A stretch of 64,000 nucleotides of DNA from contig NC_092373.1 in the NCBI RefSeq assembly GCF_030028105.1, positions 135,724,278-135,788,277 on the forward strand, in the 5' to 3' direction. How positions within the stretch are numbered: position 1 is the stretch's first letter; every line of letters begins with the position of its first letter. Positions 24,742-38,349 of the stretch are shown here, one piece after another. The notes beneath the pieces were generated by a model. The model saw only the letters and a list, made by a program, of their open reading frames with translations, did no database searches and had not been told where the DNA came from. The DNA is from Mobula birostris (Eukaryota). The position numbers were made by a program, and so were the translations under genes.

Positions 24742-26829
24742 TGGTTCAGAAAGACTGGAAAAGTGCAAATGTCACTCCACTCTTCAAGAGGGAGGGAGGC
24801 AGAAGAAAAGAAACTATAGGCCAGTCAGTCTGATATATCAGTGGAGTAAAGGAAATTACAGAGTCATGAGAGAGGAGTTGACCACAATTGATTAGAAGGT
24901 TGGAAAGATTTTGGAGTCAATTTGTAAGGATGTGGTTTCAGGTTACTTGGAGGCACATAATAAAATACAATAGACCATAGTCAGCATGGTTTCCTCAAGG
25001 GAAAATCTTGTCTGACAAATCTGCTGGAATTCTTTGAAGAAATAACAAGCACGATCGACAAGGGAGAATCAGCTGATGTTGTGTACTTGGATTTTCAGAA
25101 GACCTTTGACAAGGTACCAGACGTGAGTCTGCTTAACAGGCTATGAACCCATAGTATTACAGGAAAGATTCTAGCATGGATAAAGCAGTGGCTAACTGGC
25201 AGGAGGCAAAGAGTGGGAATAAAGGCAGCCTTTTCGGGTTGGCTGCTGGTGACAAGTGATGTTCCACAGGGCTCTGTGGTGGGACCGGTTCTTTTCACAG
25301 TTTAAGTTAATGATTTGGATGATGGATTTGTTGGCTTTGTTGCAAAATTTGTAGATGATATGAAGGTGGAGGGGCAGGTAGTTTTGAGGAAGTCGAGAGG
25401 TTACAGAAAGACTTAGGCAGATTAGGAGAATGGACAAAGAAGTGGCAGATGGAATACAGTGTATGGTCATGAACTTTGGTAAAGAATAAAAGGGTTGACT
25501 ATTTACTAAATGGAGAGAAAATACAAAAATCTGAGGTGCAAAGGGACTTGGGAGTCCTTGTGCAGGATACCCTAAGTGTTAATTTGCAGATTGAGTCTGT
25601 GGTGATGAAAGCGAATACAATGTTAGCATTCATTGCAAGAGGACAAAAATATAAAAGCAAGAATGTAATGTTCAGACTTTATAAAGCACAGCTGAGGCCT
25701 CACTTGGGAGTATTGTGAGTGGTTTTGAGCACCTTATCTTAGAAAGGATGTGTTGAAACTGGAGAGGGTTCGAAGAGGTTCACAAAAATGATTCCAGGGT
25801 TGAACAGCTTGTCATATGAAGAGTGTTTGATGGCTCTGGGCCTGTATACACTAAAAATCAGAAGAATGAGGGATGATTTCATATCAAATGGTGAAAGGCC
25901 TTGATAAAGTGGATGCGGAAAGGATGTTTCCTATGGTGGGAGAGTCTATGACCAGAGGACACAGCCTCAGCATAGAGGGCATCCTTTTAGAATGGAGATG
26001 AGGAGTAATTTCTTTAGCCAGATAGTAGTGAATCTGTGGAATTTGTTGCCCTAGGCAGTTTTGGAGGCCAAGTCGTTATGTATATTTAGGGCAGAGGTTG
26101 ATAGATTCTTGATTGGTCAGGGCATGAAGGGATATGGGGGCAAGGCAGGAGATCTTGTTGTCTCCCCAGCTCCTGAGACAACAAGCCTAGCCTTATCAAT
26201 CTCTCTTCATTATCGTAATTCTCCAGCCCAGATAACATCCTGGTGAAACCCTTCTTTACCTTTCCTGATGCAATCGTGTCCTTTGTAGAGTACTCACTAC
26301 TCCACCTGTATCCCTACTAAAGTACCATAATCTTACTGTTCTAATATTCTGTGCCCCAGTTACAGAAGGCAAGCATCCCATGGGCCTTCTTCACCATTTC
26401 ACTTCCTATGCTGCTACTTTCAGAGGTCCGCCATCTGTCCCTCAAAGCTCCCTAAAGCCCTGCCATTCATCATACATGTCCTACCATTACTTTTCCTTCT
26501 AAATATCAGCACTTCATATATAACAGCTTTTACTTCCATCAGTAATTCTTCCTGGCATGACAGCATCAGCTATTCTGATTGTATGAGAATCTACTGTTCA
26601 TCAAAGCTACAACAGCCTTGTTTAAAAGAACGTGAAAGTGGCAAGTGGTGTATAACCCCACCCTTACTCTGCACCTGGTCACGTTATAATTACGCAGAAT
26701 GGTGGAATACACCAGCCAACTTCGATAGTTACACTATATTGGGATATATGGCGGCACTGTATTAGATATACCGGTACGCCTACTTGTTAATCATTGTTAA
26801 TTAAGGGGCAGTGTTGGATCTTAATTGTT

Positions 26830-29175
26830 GGTTAAGTGTTGGATCTCCTGTTAGGGAATGAGACAGGGCAGGTGACGGAGGTATTTGTTGGGGAGCACTT
26901 CGGGTCCAGTGACCACAATACAATTAGTTTCAGAGTAATTATGGAGAAGGATAAGACTGGGCCTAGGATTGAGATTTTTGATTGGAGAAAGACTAACTCT
27001 GAGGAGATGCGAAAGGATTTAGAAGGAGTAGATTGGGAAAATTTGTTTTATGGGAAGGATGTAACAGAGAAATGGAGGTCATTTAAAGGTGAAATTTTGA
27101 GGGTTCAGAATCTTTATGTTCCTGTTAGGTTGAAAGGAAAGGTTAAAAGTTTGAGAGAGCCATGGTTTTCAAGAGATATTAGAAACTTGGTTCAGAAAAA
27201 GAGAGGGATCTTCAAAAAGTATAGGCAGCTTGGTGTTAATGAGGTACTCGAGGAATATAAAGAATGTAAAAAGAATCTTAAGAAAGAAATTAAAAAAGCT
27301 ATAAAGAGATACGAGGCTGCTTTGGCAAGTAAGGTGAAAATAAATCCAAAGGGATTCCACACTTATGTTAGTGGCAAAAGGATAGTGAGGGATAAAATTG
27401 GTCCCTTGGAGAATCAATGTGGATGGCTATGTGTGGAGCCAAAAGAGATGTGGGAGATTTTGAACAATTTCTTTTCTTCGGTATTCACTAAGGAGAAGGA
27501 TATTGAATTGTGTAAGGTAAAGGAAACAAGAACGGTAGTTATGGAAAGTATGACAATTATAGAAGAGGAAGTACTGGCACCTTTAAGGAATATAAAAGTG
27601 GATAAGTCTCCGGGTCCGGACAAGATATTCCCGAGGACCTTGAGGGAAGTTAGTGTAGAAATAGCAGGGGCTCTGACAGAAATATTTCAAATGTCATGAG
27701 AAACGGGGATGGTGTCGGAGGATTGGCATATTGCTCATGTGGTTCCATTGTTTAAAAAGGGTTCTAAGAGTAAACCTGGCAATTATCGGCCTGTGAGTTT
27801 GACATCAGTGGTGGGTAAATTGATGGAAAGTATTCTTAGAGATGGTATATATAATTATCTGGATAGACAGGGTCTGATTAGGAACGGTCAACATGGATTT
27901 GTACGTGGAAGGTCATGTTTGACAAATCTTATTGAATTTTTTGATGAGGTTACTAAGAAAGTTGACGAGGGTAAAACGCTGGATGTTGTCTATATGTTCT
28001 TCAGTAAGGCCTTTGACAAGGTTCCACACGGAGGGTTAGTTAGGAAGGTCCAATTGTTAGGCATTAATATGGAAGTAGTAAAATGGATTCAGCAGTGGCT
28101 AGATGGGAGACGGCAGAGAGTAGTGGTGGATAACTGTGTGTCAGATTGGAGGACGGTGTATAGCGGTGTGCCTCAGGGATCTGTACTGAGTCCAATGTTG
28201 TTTGTCATATATATTAATGATCTGGATGATGGGGTGGTAAATTGGATTAGTAAGTATGCAGATGATACTAAGATAGGTGGCGTTGTGGATGATGAGGTAG
28301 GTTTTCAAAACTTGCAGAGAGATTTAGGACAGTTAGAAGAGTGGGCTGAAAGATGGCAGGTGGAGTTTAATGCAGAAAAATGTGAGGTGCTATATTTTGG
28401 TAGGACTAATCAAAATAGGACGTACATGGTAAATGGTAGGGCATTAAAGAATGCTGTAGAACAGAGGGATCTAGGAATAATGGTGCATAGTTCCCTGAAG
28501 CTGGAATCTCATGTGGATAGGGTGGTGAAGAAAGCTTTTGGTTTGCTGGCCTTTATTAATCAGAGCATTGAGTATAGGAGTTGGGATGTAATGTTGAATT
28601 TGTATAAGGCATTGGTAAGGCCAAATCTGGAGTATTGCGTATAGTTCTGGTCACCGAATTATTGGAAAGATGCCAATAAAATTGAGAGAATACAGAGGAG
28701 GTTTACTAAAATGTTGCCTGGGTTTCATCTCCTAAGTTACAGAGAAAGGTTGAACAAGTTAGGTCTTTATTCTTTGGAGCGTAGAAGGTTGAGGGGGGAC
28801 TTGATAGAGGTGTTTAAAATTATGAGGGGGATTGATAGAGTTGCCGTGTTTAGACTTTTTCCATTGAGAGTGGGGAAGATTCAAACAAGAGAACATGAGT
28901 TGAGAGTTAAAGGGCAAAAGTTTAGGGGTAACATGAGGGGGAACTTCTTTACTCGGAGAGTGGTATCTGTGTGGAACGAGCTTCCAGTAGAAGTGGTTGA
29001 GGCAGGTTCGATGTTGTCGTTTAAAGTTAAATTGGATAGATATATGGATAGGAAAGGAATGGAGGGTTATGGGCTGAGTGCAGGTCGGTGGGACTAGGAT
29101 AGGGTAAGAGTTCGGCATGGACTAGAAGGGCCGGGATGGCCTGTTTCTGTGCTGTAATTGCTATATGGTTATATG
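26830..29175 (+). mobile_element. 5'-truncated CR1, the best-preserved copy in the window
   Basis: ORFs 26836..27699, 27709..28644 and 28711..29097 are all in one frame, split only by two nonsense codons; KYADDTKIGG; ATGGTTAT-type repeat tail. Confidence 0.93.
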
Positions 29176-29650
29176 GTTAATCAGCCAATCATCTGGCAGC
29201 AACTTCATGCATAAAAGCATGTCGACATGGTCAAGCAGTTCAGCTATTGTTCAAACCAAATCACAGAGTAGGAATAAATGTGATCTACGTGACTCTGACC
29301 ATGGAATAGTAATTGGTGCCAGACGGGGTGGTTTCAGTATCTCAGAAACTGCTGATCTCCTGGGATCTTCATGGACAGAAGGCTCTAGAGTTTGCAGAGA
29401 ATGATGTGAAAAGCAAAAAAAAAATCAATGAACGGCAGTTCTGTGGGTGAAAACACCTCGTTGATGAGAGAGGTCAGAGGAGAAGGGCCAGACTGGTTCA
29501 AGCCATGAGGAAGGCAACAGTAACTCAAATAACCATGTGTTAGAACAGTGGCATACAGAAGAGCTTCTCTAAACGCCAAGCATGTTGAACCTTGAAGTGG
29601 ATGGTCAACACCAGCAGAAGTCAATGACATGCACTCACCGTCCACATACA
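29176..29650 (+). mobile_element. Tc1/mariner transposase fragment (N-terminal HTH region)
   Basis: KCDLRDSDHGIVIGARRGGFSISETADLLG...SRVCRE followed by ERGQRR..RLVQA-type sequence. Confidence 0.8.
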
Positions 29651-30139
29651 GCTGCCAACTGTGCAATGAAGTTGCCTCCAGACCTATAGGCCCAGGAGTT
29701 TTAATGCATGCAGACATTTGTTAGATGGTCACAGCATCTTCATTTTAAGGACTACTTCAATTCTGGACATGCCAAGCTCTTGAGAGGTGTTGTGCAACTT
29801 CATTGTGGTAAATGTGGTGCCAAACAGCAAATTGGGTCCGGTAGTTAATGAGGGGGAGTGGGTCTATGACCATGGGCTGAGGACTGTGGTACTGGCTCAT
29901 GTAGAAGATCAAGGTTAGTGATTACAGACAGCAGGCATGGCTCTGCGAGAAAGCTAAGTTTAATTTCATACCTATGTAGGGTATAAATGCCATGAAAATT
30001 AGCTTTTTGCAGCAGTGCAGTAACACACATGACTGATATAACTAACATAAGCCTAAAGTAACAAAAATTATACGTAGCCTTCATAACAAAATAAACATAA
30101 TGAAATTTTCAGCAAAATTTTCAGAGATAAAGGAAATAG

Positions 30140-32075
30140 GACAAATGATCAAATGATACCATTTAGCCCATCAAGTCTGCTGCACTATTCCATCATGGAT
30201 GATTTATTTTCACCTTCATCCTCATTCTCCTGCCTTCTTCCCCAGTCCTTGAAGCCCTGGCTAATCAAGAACCTATCAACCTTCGCTTCATATATACCCA
30301 ACGACTTGGCCTTCACAGCCTTGTGTGTCACCACCATCTAGCTAACAAAATCCCTCCTCATCTCTATTCTAAAAGGATGTTCTTCTATTCTGAGACTGTG
30401 CTCTCCAGTCCTCGATTCACCACTGTAGGAAACATCCTCTCCACATCCACTCTATATCGGCCTTTCAATATTTGATAGCGCCCAATGAGCTCTTCCCGCA
30501 ATCTTCTAAAATCCAGTGAGTGCAGGCCCACAGCCTTCAAATGCTCCTCATACATTAACCCTTTCATTCCCACAATCATTCTCACGAACTTCCTCTGGAT
30601 CCTCTCCAATGCCTGAACATCCATTCTGATATAAGGGCCCCAAAACTGCTCTCAATACACAAAGTGCTGCCTGACCAATGTCTTATGAAGCCTCAGCATT
30701 ACATCCTTGCTCTTATATTCTAGTCCTCTCGAAATTAACGTTCATATTGCATTTGCTGTGCCAATCACCAACTCAACCTGCAGTTAACCTTTAGGGAATT
30801 CTGCACAGGATTCCCAAGTTCCTTTACACCTCAGATTTTTCAATTTTCTCCCTACTTAGATAATAATCTATGCCCTTATACCTTTTACCAAAGTGCACGA
30901 CCATATACTTCCCTACAATGTATTCCATCTGTCACATCTTTGCCCATTCTCCCAATCTGTCTAAGTCTAGGCTGCCACAGTAACACAGTGATTAGCGGGA
31001 CACTATTACAGCTCGGAGCGTTGGAGATTGCACTTCTATTCCACGTCATTTGTAAGGTGTCTCTTTATCCTTTCTGTCACCGTGTGAGTTTTCTCCAGGT
31101 GCTCTGCTTTTCTCCCACTCTCCACAGACGTACCGGTTGGGAGTTTAATTAGTCACTGTAAACAGTCCTGTGATTAGGCTGGGATTAAGTCGGTGGGTTG
31201 CTGGGCATATGGTCCCAAAGGCCGAAGAGCCTATTCCACACTATGTAAGACTCTCTGCTTCCTCAACACTGTGTGCCCCTTCACCTATCTTCCTATTATC
31301 CACAAACTTGGCCCTAAGCTATCAATTCTGCCATCCAAATCATTGACATGTAACGTGAAAAGAAGTGGTCCCAATACTGTCCCCTGCAGAACACCACTAG
31401 CCACTGGCTGCCAACCAGAATAGGTCTCCTTTATTCCAATTCTTTGCCTCCTACCAACCAGCCAATCTTCTATTGATACTAGTATCTTTCCTATAGTAAT
31501 ATGGGCTCTTATCTTGTCTAGCAGCCTCATGCAGCACTTTGTCAAATGCCTTCTGAAAATCCAAGTAAACAACATCCACAAAACTCCTTTGTCTATCCTG
31601 CCTCTGATTTCCTCAAAGAGTTCCAACAGATTTGTCAGGCATGATTTCCCTCAAGGAAACCATGCTGACTTGGACCTATTTGATCATGTGCCTCCAATTA
31701 CTCAGTAACCTCATCCTTAATAATGGACTCCAACATCTTCCCAACCACTGAAGTCAGGCTGCCTCGTCCATAATTTCCTTTCATCTGCCTCCCTCCCTTC
31801 TTAAAGAGTGGAGCGACATTTGTAATTTTCTAGTCCTCTGGAACCATTCCTCAATCTAGTGATTCTTGAAAGATCATTACTAATGTCTCCACAATCTCTT
31901 CAGCCATCTCTTTCAGAACCCTAGGGTGTAATCCATCTGGTCCAGGTGACTTATCTACCTTCAGTCCTTTCAGCTTCCCAGCACCCTCTCCTTAGTAATT
32001 GGAACCACCCTCACTTCTGCCCCCCTGACATTCTCAAATTTCTGGCATTCTGCTATGTTTCCACAGTGAAGACTG
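30140..32075 (-). mobile_element. CR1 LINE fragment (RT, 3' end)
   Basis: ORFs 30385..30624 and 31285..31626 (VASGVLQGTVLGPLLF). Confidence 0.87.
30968..31268 (+). mobile_element. HE1-like V-SINE nested in CR1
   Basis: tRNA-like head; V-domain GAGTTTTCTCCAGGTGCTCTGCTTTTCTCCCACTCTCCA...GTACCGGTTGG; CR1-type tail AAAGGCCGAAGAGCCTATTCC. Confidence 0.75.
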
Positions 32076-33244
32076 ATGCAAGTAGGTCCAGAGGGTTCTG
32101 AGAGAACATTCTGGGTGGTATTGGAGGCATTAAAAAGGTTCAAACCAGAAGTAGGGCTCTCCAGCAAATTCTGGATCAGGGCTCTTTGCTGCCATACTCA
32201 GTGAAACACTGACCCGACGTCAAGCACAAACACACACCTCATTTTTAGAATTCAGCCCTTCAGTCCATAGCTCTAACAAAGTCTTGGAATGAGTGGTCCT
32301 GACATAATCCAAAATACGTATCAATGGTGAGTTAGTGCTAGATTAGCTCTGTCAATGATACCTTCCATTAATGATAGAGAGAGCATGGTTTTGGCCCAGT
32401 TTTTGTGAAAAGAAGATAAATGAGCAGATATCTATATCATTGGGTAGATATCAAGAGTTGTACCTATATTAGAGTACCTTGGCCTGAGGCCTGGCTCATT
32501 CAGGAATACAAGTCTCCAATACTATAGCTGGAGTGTAGTATGGTCCCATAGTTTACATTCTAGCCAGTGCTCTCAGCAGTTTCTTGATATAATAGGGAGG
32601 GGATGAAATCGGCAGCAGGCTGGTTTAGCTGATGGTGGGAGGCATTATGGATCATTTATTCTGCACCACTCTGAACAGGGTAGTAAACGCTTCAACCTTC
32701 TCTTTCTGTCAGAGTGTATTATGACTGTATTTCTCAAAGTGTACAACCTCCCCTGTGTCTATGGAAGACTGGAATTGTACGGTTAGACCATGCGCCCACC
32801 TCCCTCTGTGAACCAGGATGCATCCCAGCAAGGCTATGTTCATTCTGAGCATAATCGGCATTGTTAATGCCTACTCCCTCAGTTTTCACCCACTCATTAT
32901 CCTCACTGTCTCCCAGTCATTTAACAGTTTGTTCTCTTCTGTGGCAGACTAATACAAAGCACTCCCTGGTAGTTAGTTCATCCTCCATTTACACCTTCTA
33001 CCATCTTTCCTTTTGCCACAGATCACCTTCCTTATACCTAATGAGCTCAACTTAATACTTACCTATAATATACATGCCAACAGAAAAGATTCTCCTTTTT
33101 TTATTCATTGCTATTTTCTCATTCTGTCTTTCCTTGCCTCACTTCTCTTTCTACTTTTTATCGTCACTTATTATATGCAGATCTGTAATCCCAATGTCTT
33201 TTCCCAGGATACATGTTTACAAATTGCAACTGTGAGAATGATAT

Positions 33245-35170
33245 ATGTTATATAGCTAATATTCAGCAATAGTTGAGTAATATTGTAAATATATTGTTTG
33301 ATTAAACATTCTTGTTTATTTAAAATATTTCATTACAGGTTATGTAAAAGTACATGAATGGCATACATCATCATGTCACCATATCATAAGCACATGCCTC
33401 AATCTTTTTTTAGGCATCTGTTAGCCTCGTGAGACCATGGATTTGCGCCTTGGAAGGTTTCCAGGGCGCAGGCCTGGCCAAGGTTGTATGGAAGATCGGC
33501 AGTTGCCCATGCTGCAAGTCTCCCCTCTCCACACCACCGATGTTGTCCAAGGGAAGGGCACTAGGACCGATACAGCTTGGCACCGGTGTCGTCGCAGAGC
33601 AATGTGTGGTTAAGTGCCGTGCTCAAGGACACAACACGCTGCCTCAGCTGAGGCTTGAACTAGCAACCTTCAGATCACTAGATGAACACCTTAACCACTG
33701 GGCCATGCGCCAACACCTCAATGCCTCAATTAAAAGTAAACAAAACTAAGAGTCGACAAATTCGTCCCAGCCCTGTGTTTTCCTTTCAATTATTTTTGTT
33801 TTGGAGTTACAAAACATACAGTGGCAACAAGTAAGTTTTAACTGAACCAGAGGCAACTACCTACCTGTTGAAGTACAGCAAGATGTTCAAGTTTTTAAAA
33901 AGCACAGCAAGATGTTAATTTTTTTTATAAAAAACTGCATAGCATATGCTGCTTCAGAAATGGTTGAGATTTAAAAAAGGGAGAAAGTGGACTAAATTCA
34001 TGGATTCATTAACCGCGAGTACTGGGTGATAATAATCATAACTAAACAAAGAGCAGAGATGCCTGGCGACATCAGAAAGATAGATGCACAATTGCACAAG
34101 AGATAACTGGATACTGTTTACAAAGCGAATTGTGATATATTTTGAAGCAAATGAAATAGCCAAGGAAAAGCAGTGCCAATTTTGCTGAGTGCATTGGTTT
34201 TAAAAACACACAGTTTGCTTTGAAGTATGACTGCTCCAACCAAATCAGCCAAAACTAGTTTTGTTGATATTGTGAAAGTAATGCAGGGGCATTTAGAACT
34301 GAAATCATTGCTGATTGCAGTATGCTTTAGGTTTCAGTGGAATCAAAAGGAAGAGGAGTCAATTTCAGCGCACATGGCTGAATTGAAGAAATTGTCTGAG
34401 CATTGTCAGTTCAGTGATGGGCTTAATGATACATTGAGAGATGGTTTAGTTCATAGAATCTTCCAATAAAGCATTCAAAATGGCTCCTAACTGAAGCTCT
34501 ACTTTCATTTAAAAGAGCAATTGGAATTGCTGTATCAATGGAAACTGCAGACAGAGACACAAATGAGTTGCAGTCAGGAATGAAAGTGGGCGTGAATAAA
34601 ATTGCAATATCTAAACAGAAATGGGCCTAGCTAAACAAAATGTGTTACTATTGTGGTAGGGGCTTACATACACTAGACCAATGCAGGATTAAAGGCAAAA
34701 CTTGCAGAAAATGCAAAAAAATAGGACACGTACAAAGAGCATGTTGAGCAGACAAAAATAAATGGACTGCACAAGGAAGAGAAAAAGCTAAAAAGTCAAG
34801 TTGCAGTTTCAAAAGACAACTAATCTGCATGCTGTTGATGAAAAATCTGGTAATGATGAGAGTGACACAGGAATAAGTAGCCTTGAGATTTACAACGTGA
34901 AAGCTAACTATAGATGAGCTATATGGCTTATACCAGAAGCGAACGATAAGTTAATTAAAATAGAGTTGGACACTGAATCAACTGTTTCTGTCATTCCACA
35001 AAATGAGTTTGAGTGGCATTTCAAAAATATTAAACTGAAGCCTGCAGATATCCAACTACAAACTTATACAGGAGGAAAGATAACTCCTGTGGGAATGACA
35101 GTGAAATACAACCACCAATGAGCCACATTGGGCTTCTATGTAGTAAAAAGAGAAGGGCCTTATAGTTCAG
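33245..35170 (+). mobile_element. Truncated Ty3/Gypsy (Mag/K02A2.6-like): 5' LTR, gag, CCHC knuckles, protease
   Basis: YFEANEI...QKEEESISAHMAELKKLSEHCQF...LRDGLV; CYYCGRGLHTLDQC and CRKCKKIGHVQRAC; ELDTESTVSVIP; PBS-like TGGCAACAAG at ~33822. Confidence 0.8.
33404..33720 (-). mobile_element. tRNA-derived SINE inserted in the Gypsy LTR
   Basis: 10-bp TSD ATGCCTCAAT at 33394-33403 and 33721-33730; A/B-box head like that of 5130-5409. Confidence 0.85.
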
Positions 35171-36329
35171 CTGTTTAGCTAGCCTTTTCAATTTCCTTCT
35201 TAAAGCCTTTCTCATCATTGTTACAATCTGGCTGTGTTCTTGTGAAATACTTTGACATGCTTTTCTCTATTACAGGCACACACTTGAATAATTTTGCCAT
35301 TTTCCATAAATTTGGAAACTTCTATTGGATCACTCTGTAACTAGAAAACCTGATAAAATTTAACTTCAGATTTTGTCCCAGGATTCTCACATGGAGATAT
35401 TTCATTCTTTTAGTCAGCAATAAATCTTCAATGAGGATTATGCAAAATGACAGGTGTCTAGGTTCAGAGAACTGTTATTTCCTGATTGTAACTGCTCAAG
35501 AGCCTTTCTGTAGATTACTTTTGGGTATCTAGCTATTTGCAAAGACTCCACACCTGCCAGAGTCAGAATGAAAGGACACAGGGTGTCATCTTACAACATT
35601 TAAACAATAAATATAACGAGAAGCAACTTAAAACTACACACAAAGCAAAAACAAATATGTGGGTGGTTAACTCTGCCTCAAGAAACAACTACTGAAGAGC
35701 CACTCACTTCCTGTGAGCTCTGATTTTAACTTGTGGTGGAGGGAGAAAAGAACTCATAATAGTTGACCGTAAACTTGATATATGGTTGCTTATCTCCTAC
35801 AGTATCACCTTGGCACAATCTCTGTTCTAACGAAAGCCAGCATGATGAAATGTTGGACCTTTTCAGCCTAGTCAGTGGGAAAAGGAGAAAGAACTATTAA
35901 AGATTAGTGAGAAATTCCTTTTATTTTTTCTTTGTGGGACCAAGAGAAGTAGAGAGCCCTACATGAAAGGTCTGGTCTTTTTGTCCAGGCTTCTCTCCCC
36001 CATCCTACCAATGAGTTAAAAAGCTCTCCTACCTCCTATTCTTTCCAGATAACTAGCCCGGATGACTTCCTCTGTATTTATTTTTTTTCTTTTTTCCATT
36101 ACATCATGCAGCTGTCACCACTTTCTGGTGAATTTGGGCAACGAACTGACTTGTTACAAAAAACCACACACTGTCCAGAGTTGATAAGGTTAGCTGTGCT
36201 GTTGGAATTGGTGCTATAAACAATTGTTAGTAGTAATAACATTCATTAACTTCCCAATAGCCTTGTGAATAAAGGCATTTCTAATGTCGCTTAAACCTGT
36301 TATTAAATGTGTTCCTGTTTTTAAAATGG

Positions 36330-36515
36330 CTCCCTCCCCCTCCTGTCTTCTATCATTTTGGATCTACCCCCCCCCCCATTTTCAAATCTCTTACTAGCTC
36401 TTCTTTCCGTTAGTCCTGACGAAGGATCTCGGCCTGAAACATCGACTGTACCTCTTCCTACAGATGCTGCCTGGCCCGTTGCGTTCACCAGCAACTTTTA
36501 TGTGTGTTGCTTTAA
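36330..36515 (+). mobile_element. Penelope-like element terminal repeat fragment
   Basis: ...TCCTGACGAAGGATCTCGGCCTGAAACATCGACTG...GATGCTGCCTGGCC...TGTGTGTTGCT; related to 53557-53733 and ~55720-55780. Confidence 0.7.
36411..36448 (+). ncRNA. Minimal type I hammerhead ribozyme remnant (Penelope-associated), probably inactivated
   Basis: Stem I TAGTC/GACTG, core CTGACGA, stem II AGG/CCT, GAAAC, then ATC where the ACGTC palindrome has decayed to ACATC. Confidence 0.6.
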
Positions 36516-38349
36516 AATGTGTGAGGTTGTTGATCTGGGCTAGGCAGTACTCAGGCATTAAGTACAATGATGAGTGTTTGTTTAAATCTATTTATCTTTT
36601 TCTCTGAACTTTATGATCTGACTGTCCACAAGGTTTAAGGTCAATACAACAAGCAATACCCATGACTCAATCATGGGGACTCATCTGCTTGTAAGTATTT
36701 AGGACAGAATCATTGTTGGAGTGAAGTATATTCAGCAACATTTCAAAATGTCGGAAAACCCCAGAACTTTTCCTATGTAAATATTCTTTTTTTCACAATG
36801 ATGCTCTAAACATCAAACAGGATGATATTCTCTTGAAATAGCAACAACTAACCACTGGTCCAAGAGTGAGAAATAACAAAGTAATCAAATTACAACAAGC
36901 AACATTAAGGTGATTCAATCAAGTATCACAACATGATCTTTGCATTATAAAATGGGGTATTTCTCTAGCAACTTTCAAGGGAACTATCGACAGAACTGAT
37001 CACCTGTACAGCTGGAAACAGACTTCTGAATGATCAAAATTAGATTTATTATCACTGAACCCAGTTGGCTAGCCCTCAAGAGTTAGTGATTGAAATACTA
37101 GAATATTTCTGTAAACAAAGGAGCACTTCCATGTTCATCAGATAAGAAGTCAGCAAAAAAAAGGACAAAACTAGGAAGAACTGGTACTTAAATACATTAT
37201 CCACCTGGTACCCTCTTATCAACGTATCCCACTGGAGTAATGTCTATGCAGACAAACCTCACACAAGGTAGTCCTCACTCAAATCTGTGATTCACCATAC
37301 CTCAAGCACAAGCTCACATGCGTGGCGCTGTTGCACTCAATGTCAAAGTCAAGGTCAGCTCACTTTCAGAAACATAGCCACAAAGCTCTGCAGGTATTTT
37401 CTGCCGATACACTCTATGTCTTAAATCACAGCTGCTTAACAAAGGCAAAGGAAGTCCTTTGCCTTTATGGTGTGGGATCTATGTGCTTTGGTTAATATGG
37501 CTTTACCATTCAGAGCTGGAAACTGTATTTGCAGCCTTTCCAGACTAGGCATTCAGAACAGCATCTAAACAGAGCCAGCATTTAAGAATAAACAGAGGCT
37601 ACACTGTAACATTCTAAAAGGAGTGTCCCTGGACAGGAGGAGATACCTCCTTCACTCACTATTCTTCACCAGCCTCAACAGCCAGTGTAGGTTTCCCTGC
37701 CTTCTCGATTATAGTATCTGCCAAAACATACACACCCACCCCTTTCCTCTCCCCAACCCATCCATAAAGGATTCATCCAGCTCTTGTCAACACTCCATAG
37801 TAGCTGGAAAATTCCTCCTTGCACTGAGGTGCAACTCTCTTAAGGCTGCCTCGTGAAGTCAGAGCCATGACGATAGATGACGGAAGAATGACAGTTAGAC
37901 TAGCAACCTCTTCGGTCCTTGAAACAGAGCAATATTTCATGAGCAAGATGATACAATTGTGTTCAAGCAGGCAGCAAGTACTCACTGAAATCGCTAATTC
38001 TGTTTTAAAACTAATAAGTACTATTAAAATGTATTAATTCTATTAAAAGCTCATTAGTTTCATCATTACTCTTCTTTCTTTTAAACTGTTAAGTTTCTTA
38101 ACTTGATTTATTTTTAGCTTTCCACATATCCCTATTGTGAGAATTTATAAAATTTTTCAACTACTGAGTTATACAAATTTGCATTTGTAATATCCCAAGC
38201 ATTTTTGGAGGACTGCCTATTTTCTTAGCAACCCACTTAATATACCTTCAGTTTTGTCCTTAATAAAACTTGTGTTTTTTTGATTATGCATTTTTTTCAG
38301 TTCTTATTACTATTTTATGCCATTTCACCACCACCTATTGACGGTTTTG

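Larger units (their letters stand above)
20520..26150 (+). mobile_element. CR1 LINE, near full length (ORF1 esterase, EN, RT, 3' end), host to two nested insertions
   Basis: AVLIGDSLVRG...CLPGARIRDV (SGNH), DAVAITGSWL (EN), RDLGVLVQDTL (RT). Interrupted at 21831-22307 and 23149-24741. Confidence 0.88.

Noticed and set aside
36085-36195. Polypyrimidine tract + CAG ... AAG|GTTAG, a possible exon (LSPLSGEFGQRTDLLQKTTHCPELI) of a third gene
   Set aside because: Two of three frames have stops, I found no partner exons and no CXC or J-chain similarity, and the donor is weak.
38177-38184. Octamer ATTTGCAT upstream of JCHAIN
   Set aside because: A single 8-mer in AT-rich DNA, expected by chance in 64 kb, with no supporting context.
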